Part shown: in pieces, positions 9,450-19,394 of the stretch | How positions within the stretch are numbered: position 1 is the first letter of the stretch | Layout: each line of letters begins with the position of its first letter | Source: Nitrosopumilus sp. | GTDB lineage: Archaea; Thermoproteota; Nitrososphaeria; Nitrososphaerales; Nitrosopumilaceae | Reading direction: 5' to 3' | DNA: 64,000 nt | Assembly (NCBI GenBank): GCA_965206745.1 | Contig: OZ242220.1 | Span: 320,001 to 384,000, forward strand | Made by a program: the position numbers and the translations under genes | The notes under the pieces: generated by a model | What the model was told of the DNA's origin: nothing | Databases searched by the model: none | What the model saw: only the letters and a program-made list of their open reading frames with translations

Positions 9450-12400
9450 TTGAATCAAGTCATTCTGTTAGCAATATCACTAATTTTAGTCGCTTCAACG
9501 GGTCTAGGATCATCTTATGCTCAAAATTATGATGATATTATACAAGGATGGGATGATTATGTCCAATCATACAAGGACTATGTAGAGGAATACCGAAAGT
9601 ATGTGGAAAAATATGAAGATTATGTGCAAGAATACAAGAATTATATGCAAAAATACAAAATATGGGATGATAATGTCGCCAGCAGTCTAGAATCAGAGAA
9701 TAAAGGTGTGAAATCTGAGTTTGTCATAATCAAATCAAAATTAAGCAAAATAGTGCTAGAAATTAAAACAGTGCCTGTCACCACGACCAAAGTTGTAGAA
9801 CCTGCCACCAAACCCAAGACTGTAGAACTAACAGAGCCTGCCACCAAACCCAAGACTGTAGAACTAACAGAGCCTGCCACCAAACCCAAGACTGTAGAAC
9901 TAACAGAGACTGCCACCACACCCAAAGTTGTAGAACCTGCCACCAAGCCCAAGACTGTAGAACTAACAGAGCCTGCCACCAAGCCTAAAACTGTAGGATC
10001 TAATCCAGCTATTGCACCACAAACAGGCAACTCTGCAGACACGACACCATCAACCAGCAACGAACCTATGGAATGGTATTATGAAGATGGAAGTTTGCAA
10101 GGACGTGAAGAATATTATGAGGATGGACAAAAGAAAAAGAAGACAGAATATGATGGCAAAACTATCAGTGTAGAAAAGCAGTGGTATGACAATGGACAAC
10201 TGATGTCACACGTTGAGTATCATCATGATGGAAAACTGCGAGAAAAACATCAATATGATGAGAATGGAAAAAACACAACGTCCGTAAAATACTATGAGAA
10301 CGGACAACTACAAGAAGATTATCAATATAATGAAAATGGAAATCCAAAGTTTTACAAAGAATATGCTGAGGATGGTGACTTAGATCAAGAAATATCCTAT
10401 TATGAAAATGGAAATAAGAAATCACAAACAAAATATTTTTACGGAGAAAAAGGTCGTGTATGGGACTATTATGAAAATGGAAATAAAAAATTAGAGACAA
10501 ACTATTCTTACGGAAAAATAGTTCGTGTATGGGAATATAATGAAAATGGTCAACGTATAAAGTATTATGATATGAATGGCAACCCTGCACCATTGGATAT
10601 TGATACAACATCACCTAACATGTGGTATGACATAGATGGAAATTTGGAATATTATGAAGAATATTATGAGGATGGATCAAAGAAAAAACTGATAAAATAT
10701 TCTGAAAATGGAAATATTAAAAGAGAAAACCTATGGCATGAGAATGGACAGCCAGCATTGACCCTCAGATATGATCGGACTGGACCACTGGAACGAGAAT
10801 ATCGAACTGATGAAAATGGAAAAATCCTAGTTGATGTATATTATCACGAGAATGGACAACTAAGGGCTGAATCCCTATATTATGAAAATGGTGAAAAGGA
10901 ATTTGATAGCAAATATTATGAAAATGGTGAAAAGGAATCTGATAGCAAATATTATGAAAATGGTGAAGAGAACTCTTATAGCAGATATTATGAAAATGGT
11001 GAAAAGGAATCTGATAAAAGATATTATGAAGATGGGAGTTTGAAATCAGCATCCCATTATGATGAAAATGGAAATTTGGAATCAAAAATAGAATATGATG
11101 CCGACGGGCAACTAGAAGAGCTTCAATATCATGAAAATGGAAATACAAAGCTTCACAAAAAATATCATGATGACGGTAGCCTCTACACAGAAACATTCTA
11201 TTATGAAAGTGGACGTACGAAATCTGAAATATATTATGATGCTAACGAACAAGTAGATAGTGTAAGAGACTATTATGAAGATGGCAACCATGTATCTTCT
11301 TATGACATATACGGCAACCCTGTACCACAACATCCTGACACAACATTACATAACACATTGTATGATAGAAATGGAAATGCAAAATATTCTGAAGAATATT
11401 ATGAGGATGGATCAAAGAAAAAACTGATAAAATATTCTGAAAATGGAGGTATTAGTGAAGAAAACCGATGGTATGAGGATGGAAGTTTACAAGCACATGA
11501 AGAATATTATGAGGACGGACAAAAGAAAAAGATTACAGAATATCATCCAAATGGAGCAGTCACCGGAGAAGAAAAATGGTATGAGGATGGAACTCCAATG
11601 TCAACTCTTGGTTATAGTAATAATGGGCAACTGACCCGAGAATATCGAGTTGATGAGGATGGTACAGTCACAGTTAATGCATGGTATGATTCCGATGGGA
11701 GTTTAGAGGAAGTTGAAGAGCATTATGAAAATGGACAAATAAAAAAGAAGACACAATATCATGGTGATGAAACTCTCCGTCAAGAAGAACAATGGTATGA
11801 GAATGGACAAGTAATGTCATACATTGAGTATTATCAGAACGGACAACTGCAACACCAATATCAAAATGATGAGAATAGAAAAAACACAATGTGGGTAAAA
11901 TACTATGAGAACGGACAACTACAAGAAGACACTCGATATCATGAAAATGGAAATCTAAAGTTTCACAAAAAATATCATGAGAATGGTGACCTAGACCGAG
12001 AAACACACTATCATGAAAATGGAAATGAGAAATCAGACATATCTTATGGTACTAACGGACAAATAAACAGTGCGTGGGACTATTATGAAAATGGTCATCC
12101 TGTATTTTCTTATGATGAAAATGGCCACCCTACGTCATTGGATGCTGATACAACATCACCTAACAATGAGCCTAAAACATGGTATTATAGAAATGGAAAT
12201 TTGCAAGCACATGAAGAATATTATGAGGATGGTTCAAAGAAAAAGCTGACACATTACCTTGATAGTGGTAGTGCATATAGTAGCATTACTGGATATGAAG
12301 TAACACAATGGTCTGAGGGAGGAGATCTAACGTCTAGAATCAAGTATTATGAGGGAGGAGAAATAGACGTTGAATATAGACTTGATGAGAATGGAAAAGT

Positions 12401-12587
12401 CATAATTGACATAAGTTATTATGAGAATGGACAAATATTCAACGAATACATATATCATGAAAACGGTGAAACGAAATCTTATAACGTCTATTATAGAGAT
12501 GGGACCATGAAGTCAGAATCCCATTATGATGAAGATGGAAATTTTGAATCAAAGAAAGAATATGATGAGAGCGGGCAACTAAAATGA
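9450..12587 (+). CDS. Secreted MORN-variant/YwqK-like repeat protein with Tyr-heptad helix and P/T/K/E-rich linker, copy 1
   Basis: Signal peptide; dozens of YYENG/YYEDG beta-hairpin repeats; visibly AT-rich. Confidence 0.8.
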   Translation: MNQVILLAISLILVASTGLGSSYAQNYDDIIQGWDDYVQSYKDYVEEYRKYVEKYEDYVQEYKNYMQKYKIWDDNVASSLESENKGVKSEFVIIKSKLSKIVLEIKTVPVTTTKVVEPATKPKTVELTEPATKPKTVELTEPATKPKTVELTETATTPKVVEPATKPKTVELTEPATKPKTVGSNPAIAPQTGNSADTTPSTSNEPMEWYYEDGSLQGREEYYEDGQKKKKTEYDGKTISVEKQWYDNGQLMSHVEYHHDGKLREKHQYDENGKNTTSVKYYENGQLQEDYQYNENGNPKFYKEYAEDGDLDQEISYYENGNKKSQTKYFYGEKGRVWDYYENGNKKLETNYSYGKIVRVWEYNENGQRIKYYDMNGNPAPLDIDTTSPNMWYDIDGNLEYYEEYYEDGSKKKLIKYSENGNIKRENLWHENGQPALTLRYDRTGPLEREYRTDENGKILVDVYYHENGQLRAESLYYENGEKEFDSKYYENGEKESDSKYYENGEENSYSRYYENGEKESDKRYYEDGSLKSASHYDENGNLESKIEYDADGQLEELQYHENGNTKLHKKYHDDGSLYTETFYYESGRTKSEIYYDANEQVDSVRDYYEDGNHVSSYDIYGNPVPQHPDTTLHNTLYDRNGNAKYSEEYYEDGSKKKLIKYSENGGISEENRWYEDGSLQAHEEYYEDGQKKKITEYHPNGAVTGEEKWYEDGTPMSTLGYSNNGQLTREYRVDEDGTVTVNAWYDSDGSLEEVEEHYENGQIKKKTQYHGDETLRQEEQWYENGQVMSYIEYYQNGQLQHQYQNDENRKNTMWVKYYENGQLQEDTRYHENGNLKFHKKYHENGDLDRETHYHENGNEKSDISYGTNGQINSAWDYYENGHPVFSYDENGHPTSLDADTTSPNNEPKTWYYRNGNLQAHEEYYEDGSKKKLTHYLDSGSAYSSITGYEVTQWSEGGDLTSRIKYYEGGEIDVEYRLDENGKVIIDISYYENGQIFNEYIYHENGETKSYNVYYRDGTMKSESHYDEDGNFESKKEYDESGQLK

Positions 12588-12814
12588 GATTTTAAATCCA
12601 TGCCTTTTTTTATTTTAAATTAATACTGGGTTTATCGGTTTAATCATATCTAGTTGGTACACCATAATTTCTGGATTGAGCATGAATTAAGTACGTATTT
12701 CGTGTGCAAAATCATAATTTTACTCTCAGATGTGACCGGAGATCCATCTGTGACAGGATTCAATCCTTTTGAATACATAGTAAATTTCTTATTGAATCAA
12801 ATCATTAAAATTTA

Positions 12815-15415
12815 TTGAATCAAATCATTCTGTTAACCGTATCGCTAATTTTAGTTGCTTCAACGGGTCTAGGATCATCTTATGCTCAAAATTATGACGA
12901 TATTATACAAGGATGGGATGATTATGTCCAATCATACAAGGACTATGTAGAGGAATACCAAAAGTATGTGGAAAAATATGAAGATTATGTGCAAGAATAC
13001 AAGAATTATATGCAAAAATACAAAATATGGGATGATAATATCGTCAACAGTCTAGAATCAGAGAATAAAGGTGTGAAATCTGAGTTTGTCATAATCCAAT
13101 CAAAATTAAGCAAAATAGCGCTAGAAATTAAAACAGAGCCTGTTACCACGCCCAAAACTGTAGAACCTGCCACCAAACCCAAAACTGTAGAACCAACAGA
13201 GCCTGTTACCACGCCCAAAACTGTAGAACCTGTCACTAAACCCAAAACTGTAGAACCAACAGAGCCTGTTACCACGCCCAAAACTGTAGAACCTGTCACT
13301 AAACCCAAAGTTGTAGAACCTGCCACCAAACCCAAAACTGTAGAACCAACAGAGCCTGTTACCACGCCCAAAACTGTAGAACCTGCCACCAAACCCAAAA
13401 CTGTAGAACCAACAGAGCCTGTTACCACGCCCAAAACTGTAGAACCTGTCACTAAACCCAAAACTGTAGAACCTGTCACTAAACCCAAAACTGTAGAACC
13501 AACAGAGCCTGCCACCACGTCTTCTATTGTAGAATCTAATCCAGATACTGCACCACAAACAGGCAACTCTACAGACACAGCACCAACATCATCAACCGGC
13601 AACGAACCTGTAGAATGGTATTATGAAGATGGAAGTTTGCAAGGACGTGAAGAATATTATGAGGATGGACCACTAATGCTGTCCATTTATTATTATCCGA
13701 ATGGACAACTACAAGAAAAATATCAATGGGATGAGAATGGAGAAAACACAGTATGGATAAGATATTATGAGAACGGACAACTACTAGAAGAGTATCAATA
13801 TTATGAAAATGGAAATAACAAGTTTCACAAAAAATATTATGAGGATGGTAACCTCGACATAGAAATACTCTATTATGAAAATGGAAATGAGAAATCAGAA
13901 AGACGTTATGATCCTAACTTACAAGTGTATTATCTACATCATTATTATGAAAATGGTAAATATGTATATTCTTATGATAAACATGGCAACCCTGCACCAC
14001 AACATACTGACACAACATCACCTAACACATGGTATTATCAAAATGGAAATTTGAAATTATATGAAGAATATCATGAGGATGGATCCGTGAAAAAGGAGAT
14101 AGTATATTATGAAGATGGGGGTATTGATGAAGAAAACCAATGGTTTGAAGATGGACAACGAATGTCGTCCATCGGGTATTATCCGAATGGACAAATGCTA
14201 GATAAGAGTCAATATGATGAAAATGGAAAAAAATTAGTTGATGTATATTATCATGAGGATGGGCAAATAAGGTATGAATTCCTTCCTCATGAAAATGATG
14301 AAAAGAAATCTGATGACAGATATTATGAAGATGGAAGTTTGCAAGTACATGAAGAATATCATGACGATGGAAGTTTGCAAGTACGTGAAGAATATTATGA
14401 AGATGGACAAAAGAAAAAGAGGACACAATATCATCCAAATGGAACCATCATTGACGAAGAACAATGGCATCCAAATGGTGTTCGGATGTCATTCATCAGT
14501 TATCATCTTAATGGACAACTAAGAAGTGAATATAGACTTGATGAGAATAGAAAAATCATAATTCATAGATCGTATTATGACAATGGGAATTTAAAGACAG
14601 TTCAAGAACGTTATGAAAATGGAGAATATAAAAAGAGGACACAATATTATGATGATGAAACTCTCTATATCGAAGAACAATGGTATGACAATGGACAATC
14701 AATGTCGTACATTGTGTATTACCAAAATGGACAAATGGAAGAAAAATATCAATATGATGAGAATGGAAGAGTTCTGTTTAAAGCAGGTTATCATGAAAAT
14801 GGAGAAATAAGTTACGAATTAACATCTTATGAAAATGGAAATCGAAAGTCTTGGCAAACATATTCTGGGGATGGCCACAAAAAAATACACTATTATGAAA
14901 ATGGACATGAGAAATCTCAAATATATTATGATGCTAACGGACAAATAGATAATGCATGGGACTATTATGAAAATGGTCAGTATGTATCTTTTTATGATAT
15001 AAATGGCAATCCTATACCATTGGATGCTGATATAACATCATCTAATATCTGGTCTGATCCTGTACCATTGGATATTGATACAACATCACCTAACAGATGG
15101 TATGATAGAAATGGAAATTTGCAAAATTATGTAGAATATTATGAGGATGGATCAAAGAAAAAGCAGATAACATATTATGAAAATGGAGATATCAAAATAG
15201 AAGATCAATGGCATGAGAATGGACAACTAGTATCGACCATCAATTATGATCAGAGTGGACAAATAAGTCATGAATCTTTATATCATGAAAATGGTGAAAT
15301 AAAAATTTATAACGTTTATTATGAAGATGGGACTTTGAAATCAAAATTCCATTATGATGAAGATGGAAATCTGGAATCAAAGAAAGAATATGATGAGAAC
15401 GGGCAACTAAAATGA
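12815..15415 (+). CDS. Secreted MORN-variant/YwqK-like repeat protein, copy 2
   Basis: Paralog of 9450..12587 with near-identical N-terminal ~105 aa and C-terminal end. Confidence 0.8.
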   Translation: MNQIILLTVSLILVASTGLGSSYAQNYDDIIQGWDDYVQSYKDYVEEYQKYVEKYEDYVQEYKNYMQKYKIWDDNIVNSLESENKGVKSEFVIIQSKLSKIALEIKTEPVTTPKTVEPATKPKTVEPTEPVTTPKTVEPVTKPKTVEPTEPVTTPKTVEPVTKPKVVEPATKPKTVEPTEPVTTPKTVEPATKPKTVEPTEPVTTPKTVEPVTKPKTVEPVTKPKTVEPTEPATTSSIVESNPDTAPQTGNSTDTAPTSSTGNEPVEWYYEDGSLQGREEYYEDGPLMLSIYYYPNGQLQEKYQWDENGENTVWIRYYENGQLLEEYQYYENGNNKFHKKYYEDGNLDIEILYYENGNEKSERRYDPNLQVYYLHHYYENGKYVYSYDKHGNPAPQHTDTTSPNTWYYQNGNLKLYEEYHEDGSVKKEIVYYEDGGIDEENQWFEDGQRMSSIGYYPNGQMLDKSQYDENGKKLVDVYYHEDGQIRYEFLPHENDEKKSDDRYYEDGSLQVHEEYHDDGSLQVREEYYEDGQKKKRTQYHPNGTIIDEEQWHPNGVRMSFISYHLNGQLRSEYRLDENRKIIIHRSYYDNGNLKTVQERYENGEYKKRTQYYDDETLYIEEQWYDNGQSMSYIVYYQNGQMEEKYQYDENGRVLFKAGYHENGEISYELTSYENGNRKSWQTYSGDGHKKIHYYENGHEKSQIYYDANGQIDNAWDYYENGQYVSFYDINGNPIPLDADITSSNIWSDPVPLDIDTTSPNRWYDRNGNLQNYVEYYEDGSKKKQITYYENGDIKIEDQWHENGQLVSTINYDQSGQISHESLYHENGEIKIYNVYYEDGTLKSKFHYDEDGNLESKKEYDENGQLK

Positions 15416-15667
15416 GATTTTAAATCCATGCCTTTTTTTATTTTAAATTAATACTGGGTTTATCGGTTTAATCATATCTAGTTGGTACACCATTTTCTGG
15501 ATTGAGCATTCTGCCTGGAATCACAAGTTCACCTGTGACTATGGCCATATCAGTCCGTATTTGTTTATGATATATTGAAATTTTATGTTGAATTTTCAGA
15601 TGAATTGGACTATTCTTATATATTCCAAGATCCTATTTCAAGCATGAAAATAGGAGTCAGATCATAA

Positions 15668-15907
15668 TTGGCCACAGCCTACGTTCTCATAAACTGTGAG
15701 CTGGGTTCTGAAGAAGCAGTCATCTCAGAACTAAAATCAATTGAAGGTGTCGTTGAAGTGCATGGTACCTTTGGAGCGTATGATATTTTAGCAAAAGTCC
15801 AGTCAAGTCAAGTCGAAGCATTGCGTGAGACTATAACTTGGAAGATAAGGAAGATCCCAAAAATTCGCTCAACATTGACCCTGATGGGCATTGAAGGCCA
15901 GCAGTAA
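15668..15907 (+). CDS. Lrp/AsnC ligand-binding (RAM) domain protein
   Basis: AYVLINCELGSE...VHGTFGAYDILAKV...IRSTLTL signature. Confidence 0.88.
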   Translation: MATAYVLINCELGSEEAVISELKSIEGVVEVHGTFGAYDILAKVQSSQVEALRETITWKIRKIPKIRSTLTLMGIEGQQ

Positions 15908-16138
15908 CTTCCCAATGTCATCTGTTTTTATACTTTGATTGCAACACTGTACCATCCCTTCTAAGACACGTTCCCCCAAAGGGACAACGACCTGAGAGGA
16001 ACAGTGAATCCTCTCAGCAGTATTTTTTGCATGACTCTGGTTTTAGATGTGATGGCTCATTGGTTTACAGTTTGGGCACATGCAGCAAACCGTGATTTTT
16101 CATTAATCTATACGCACATATCTTGATAAAGAAAATGA

Positions 16139-16480
16139 TTAGAGGGCCTCAGAACCGCTCTTTTTAGATGATATGTTCAGAACGTTATCCACACTAGACA
16201 CAATAACAATTCCATCCCCGCCATTTCCTGTATAAGCTGCATCAGAGATTGCTTTGGAAATCTTTTCCACTTCTGAGTCATCTACAATTGTGCTTATCGT
16301 GGCAACTTCATTGTATTCTGCAGTGACAGTACCTGTTCCTCTTCCAGATCTAATCTCTTGTCGAGTTCCAGAACCTCTGCCTTTTCCTTCCAGGATGGTA
16401 AATCCTCCAGCAATACCACTTATTGCCTCTGTTACCATGCCAATTTTGGTTGCTTGAACAGTTGCTTCAATTCGTTTCAT
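16139..16480 (-). CDS. glnB: P-II family nitrogen regulatory protein
   Basis: MKRIEA, GKGRG T-loop entry, AAYTGNGGDGIVIVS B-loop. Confidence 0.85.
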   Translation of the reverse strand: MKRIEATVQATKIGMVTEAISGIAGGFTILEGKGRGSGTRQEIRSGRGTGTVTAEYNEVATISTIVDDSEVEKISKAISDAAYTGNGGDGIVIVSSVDNVLNISSKKSGSEAL

Positions 16481-16608
16481 TTGCATTGATTCTTTTGTGT
16501 CGCTTAAAAAAGATCATATGTTTTTATTCAAATTTTATGATACTATGGAACCTAGCTGGTTATGTCATAATCCACCTCACCTTTTTAGTGCATAAGAAAA
16601 GTAAGATT

Positions 16609-16785
16609 ATGAAAAGTGATGAAAAGAGATCTCATAGACTCAACTATCTTTTGAAATGCTACCTGATGAATCCCAAGGAAAACGATCTATATCAGAGAGC
16701 AAAGCAGATGGGTGTCACTGATTCCACAGCCAAGGATTACATCAGAACCGTCATAATTCAAGCGCAAAAAATCTGTGCAAAGTAG
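16609..16785 (+). CDS. Small hypothetical protein (possible HTH-like)
   Basis: Plausible start MKSDEKRSHRL within the ORF track 16423..16785. Confidence 0.55.
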   Translation: MKSDEKRSHRLNYLLKCYLMNPKENDLYQRAKQMGVTDSTAKDYIRTVIIQAQKICAK

Positions 16786-16831
16786 CTTTTTAACATATAT
16801 TCATAAATAATCAATTGACAAGTAAATACAC

Positions 16832-17521
16832 ATGGCAGATTCGATCCTGGATGATGCAAAGGCGCTTTTGGATAAGGACTTTGGGGATGATAGAATTCTA
16901 AAGCAAATTTGCAGAGCGTGTGAAAATAATGAAATAATTAGCAATTATGAAAGAAACTATGTCAAAGAATTGGCTGAAAAACATCTGGAGAAAAAACCAG
17001 AGTTCACTGAAACACATGTTCAGGAAACACCGTTGATTCCCGATGTTGTAATTCCCAACACACAGCAAACCATGCAAGCACAATCATATCCGACCGTTGC
17101 ACCAAGGATAGCTCGCTCAAGATTGAAGAACAAAAAAATCATGTTCGGCATTGTCGGACTGGCATTGATAGTTATCGTTACGGCGGCCGTATCCTTTAGC
17201 GGTTTTACCATTGATATTGGAGATATTGACCCCGTCAGACCCTCATCTTCATTATCTGTCCAGACTGATTTAGGATTATACAACAACAAGGATCTGATTT
17301 CAATTAATGGCGCCTCTGACACTGCCGGGACTGTCACCCTCTCGATAGTAAACCCAGACAACAAACTTGTGTGGACCGAACAGATCTCCTTGAAGAGTGA
17401 TGGGAGCTATTCCACATTGACCATTGCAGGAGGTTCAGATTGGGAAAAGTCTGGAGCCTACGCCCTCAAAGTGGACAATGGCAGAGACACAGAATCTATT
17501 GCATTCTCATTTACTGCGTGA
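16832..17521 (+). CDS. Hypothetical single-pass membrane protein with C-terminal Ig-like domain
   Basis: Central TM helix; C-terminal YNNKDLISING...GAYALKV beta-sandwich pattern. Confidence 0.75.
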   Translation: MADSILDDAKALLDKDFGDDRILKQICRACENNEIISNYERNYVKELAEKHLEKKPEFTETHVQETPLIPDVVIPNTQQTMQAQSYPTVAPRIARSRLKNKKIMFGIVGLALIVIVTAAVSFSGFTIDIGDIDPVRPSSSLSVQTDLGLYNNKDLISINGASDTAGTVTLSIVNPDNKLVWTEQISLKSDGSYSTLTIAGGSDWEKSGAYALKVDNGRDTESIAFSFTA

Positions 17522-18070
17522 TCCGTCCCAAGCTCTTTCCGGTGCGAATCTGCCAAACCTCATAGTTTCCCCATGCTGATCTGATGTGCTGAGGATGCAC
17601 CGAATCCCTCGTATCTATTGTGTCATTCCCACATGTCTGCTGATTTTCCTGATTTGAAAAATACATGTAGCAGAGTCTGGCTGGAAAGACCAGCATTCAC
17701 ATACCATACAATACCTTGGGGATCGCGTTTGGTTTTTTATTCAGTTTTTTTTAGCATGCCAGTCTCATCGTTTACCAAATCCCGACAATACCAGGGAGCA
17801 TCGATGGAATCCTCCTCATACCAATTCAATCTTTTCCCATCCTGAGGCATTGCCACGACTGCCTGGAGCATGTGCGTACAAATTTGAATCAAAAAATATG
17901 GCGCCTCTCTCTTGGGCTTTACAGAACCTGTTTTGGGATTGGATGGAATATTATCCCCATTATGCTGCATGAATCAAATGACCTGCCTCACAGGAAAGAT
18001 ATCCTCTGAACCCTCTGCCCAGACGATAAGGGACTGCGTGAAATTTCAGTAAAACCATCTATTTCTTGGC

Positions 18071-18298
18071 CTATCTGCAGAAAAACTCATCTCCTGTTCC
18101 CTTGTACAGTACAAAATATTCGTCCTGGTTCTTCCTGTCTTTTTTTGCGTTTAGGGCCTCCTGATACATTTCAAAGTGCTCCACTAGATACAGCTGATTG
18201 CCTGTATCTGCAAAGTAGTCTATCCCGACCAGGTTAAACCCCTTCTCGGGGGTCAACCGCATCTTTTGCTCTTTAAAAATATCTTCAGTCAATCTCAC
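18071..18298 (-). CDS. Small hypothetical protein
   Basis: Directly downstream of tbp, same strand, protein-like composition. Confidence 0.65.
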   Translation of the reverse strand: MRLTEDIFKEQKMRLTPEKGFNLVGIDYFADTGNQLYLVEHFEMYQEALNAKKDRKNQDEYFVLYKGTGDEFFCR

Positions 18299-18307
18299 AA
18301 CTAAACG

Positions 18308-18871
18308 TCATTGATCATAAATCATCAGGCTCTTCTCTTCTAATAGGGCATGCAAATTATGTACAGAACGATAGACATCTGTCTCCTTCTTTGCCCCCGT
18401 ACAGACCAGCTTTCCTGATGCAAATAGCAGTATCACCGTCTTTGGATCCAACATCCTGTGAATGAGTCCTGGAAACTGCTCTGGTTCATACATGCTTCTA
18501 GCCAGAGTTCTGGCAGCCTTCTCCAGATGGATCTTCCCGCCGAGATTAATTGAGGCCACCATGTTTTGGACTGTGATCACTGCGTCCTTCTTTATCTTGA
18601 TCTTGCCTTTTCTTAATTTCTGAACAACCGTGTTGACTGCCTTTATTGCCATGTCTTCGGATTTTGCTCCGGTGCATACCATCTTGCCTGTTCTAAAGAT
18701 CAGCGTTGCGGTTCTGGGGTTGGTCAATCTGAAGACGAGTCCTGGAAACTGCTCCGGATGGTACTCTGTCTCTGGAAACTTTTTAGTAATTTCAACAAGA
18801 TCAATCTTTTGATCCACTGATGCAGATGCAACAACATTTTCAACGCTGACAATGGGCTTTGTCTGTGGCAT
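18308..18871 (-). CDS. tbp: TATA-box binding protein
   Basis: Two repeats of ENVVAS/QNMVAS...YxPEQFPGL...GKxVCTGAK. Confidence 0.97.
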   Translation of the reverse strand: MPQTKPIVSVENVVASASVDQKIDLVEITKKFPETEYHPEQFPGLVFRLTNPRTATLIFRTGKMVCTGAKSEDMAIKAVNTVVQKLRKGKIKIKKDAVITVQNMVASINLGGKIHLEKAARTLARSMYEPEQFPGLIHRMLDPKTVILLFASGKLVCTGAKKETDVYRSVHNLHALLEEKSLMIYDQ

Positions 18872-18935
18872 TGAGGGTCTTTATATACAACCTGTATATA
18901 TACTAGTCAAATTTTTTTCCAAATTTTGAAATTTT

Positions 18936-19391
18936 CTAATGACGTCCAATCCACTGGTATCTGTATTCCTCATCGATGATGTCTGCAACAATCTCGGTGT
19001 CCTTGGTTTTTGTTTTTGGAATATCTGCATCAAAGAATCCCAGCTGGCCCTTCCATGGGATCGAAACTCTCAACTGCTTTGCATTTTTTAGCAAAAACCC
19101 AAAAGTTTTGCCTTGAAATTTTCTCGATGCAAAATGAAACTCTTTATCCAACTCTATCTCTTTTGCCGAGTCGTATTCTTTTACATCGTAAATCTGGACC
19201 CTTCCGATGATTGCACCTGTCACGAACTTTTTGTCAATTTTTAACCTCCTTGAATCACCGGTCCTTACCTTCAATGGTGCATGGACCAGAAACTCTCCAC
19301 GATAATTTGTATTCCAGCTTCTCAGTTCTATGCTCTTTTTTCCTGAAACAATCAAGTCAGCAAATGGTTGAGATACTGAAAGGCACTTCAA
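18936..19391 (-). CDS. ASCH domain protein
   Basis: LSVSQPFADLIVSGKKSIELRSW and KGQLGFF motifs. Confidence 0.88.
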   Translation of the reverse strand: MKCLSVSQPFADLIVSGKKSIELRSWNTNYRGEFLVHAPLKVRTGDSRRLKIDKKFVTGAIIGRVQIYDVKEYDSAKEIELDKEFHFASRKFQGKTFGFLLKNAKQLRVSIPWKGQLGFFDADIPKTKTKDTEIVADIIDEEYRYQWIGRH

Positions 19392-19394
19392 GAT

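Larger units (their letters stand above)
9320..15509 (+). repeat. Tandem duplication of a gene plus flanks (units ~9320-12683 and ~12684-15509)
   Basis: About 130 bp upstream (gaattaag.acgtatttcgtg.gcaaaatcat...) and about 95 bp downstream (gattttaaatccatgcc...ctggattgagcat) are repeated and join at ~12683. Confidence 0.9.

Noticed and set aside
9641-13602. Antisense ORFs 9641..10060 and 13006..13602 and similar shadow ORFs across the large genes
   Set aside because: By-products of repetitive or biased codon usage on the opposite strand
9450-15415. Diversity-generating retroelement template/variable repeat pair
   Set aside because: No reverse transcriptase in the window; differences are not adenine-specific and both copies are intact ORFs
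9450-15415. RHS/YD-repeat toxin
   Set aside because: No RHS core DPxG motif, no C-terminal toxin domain, no adjacent small immunity gene
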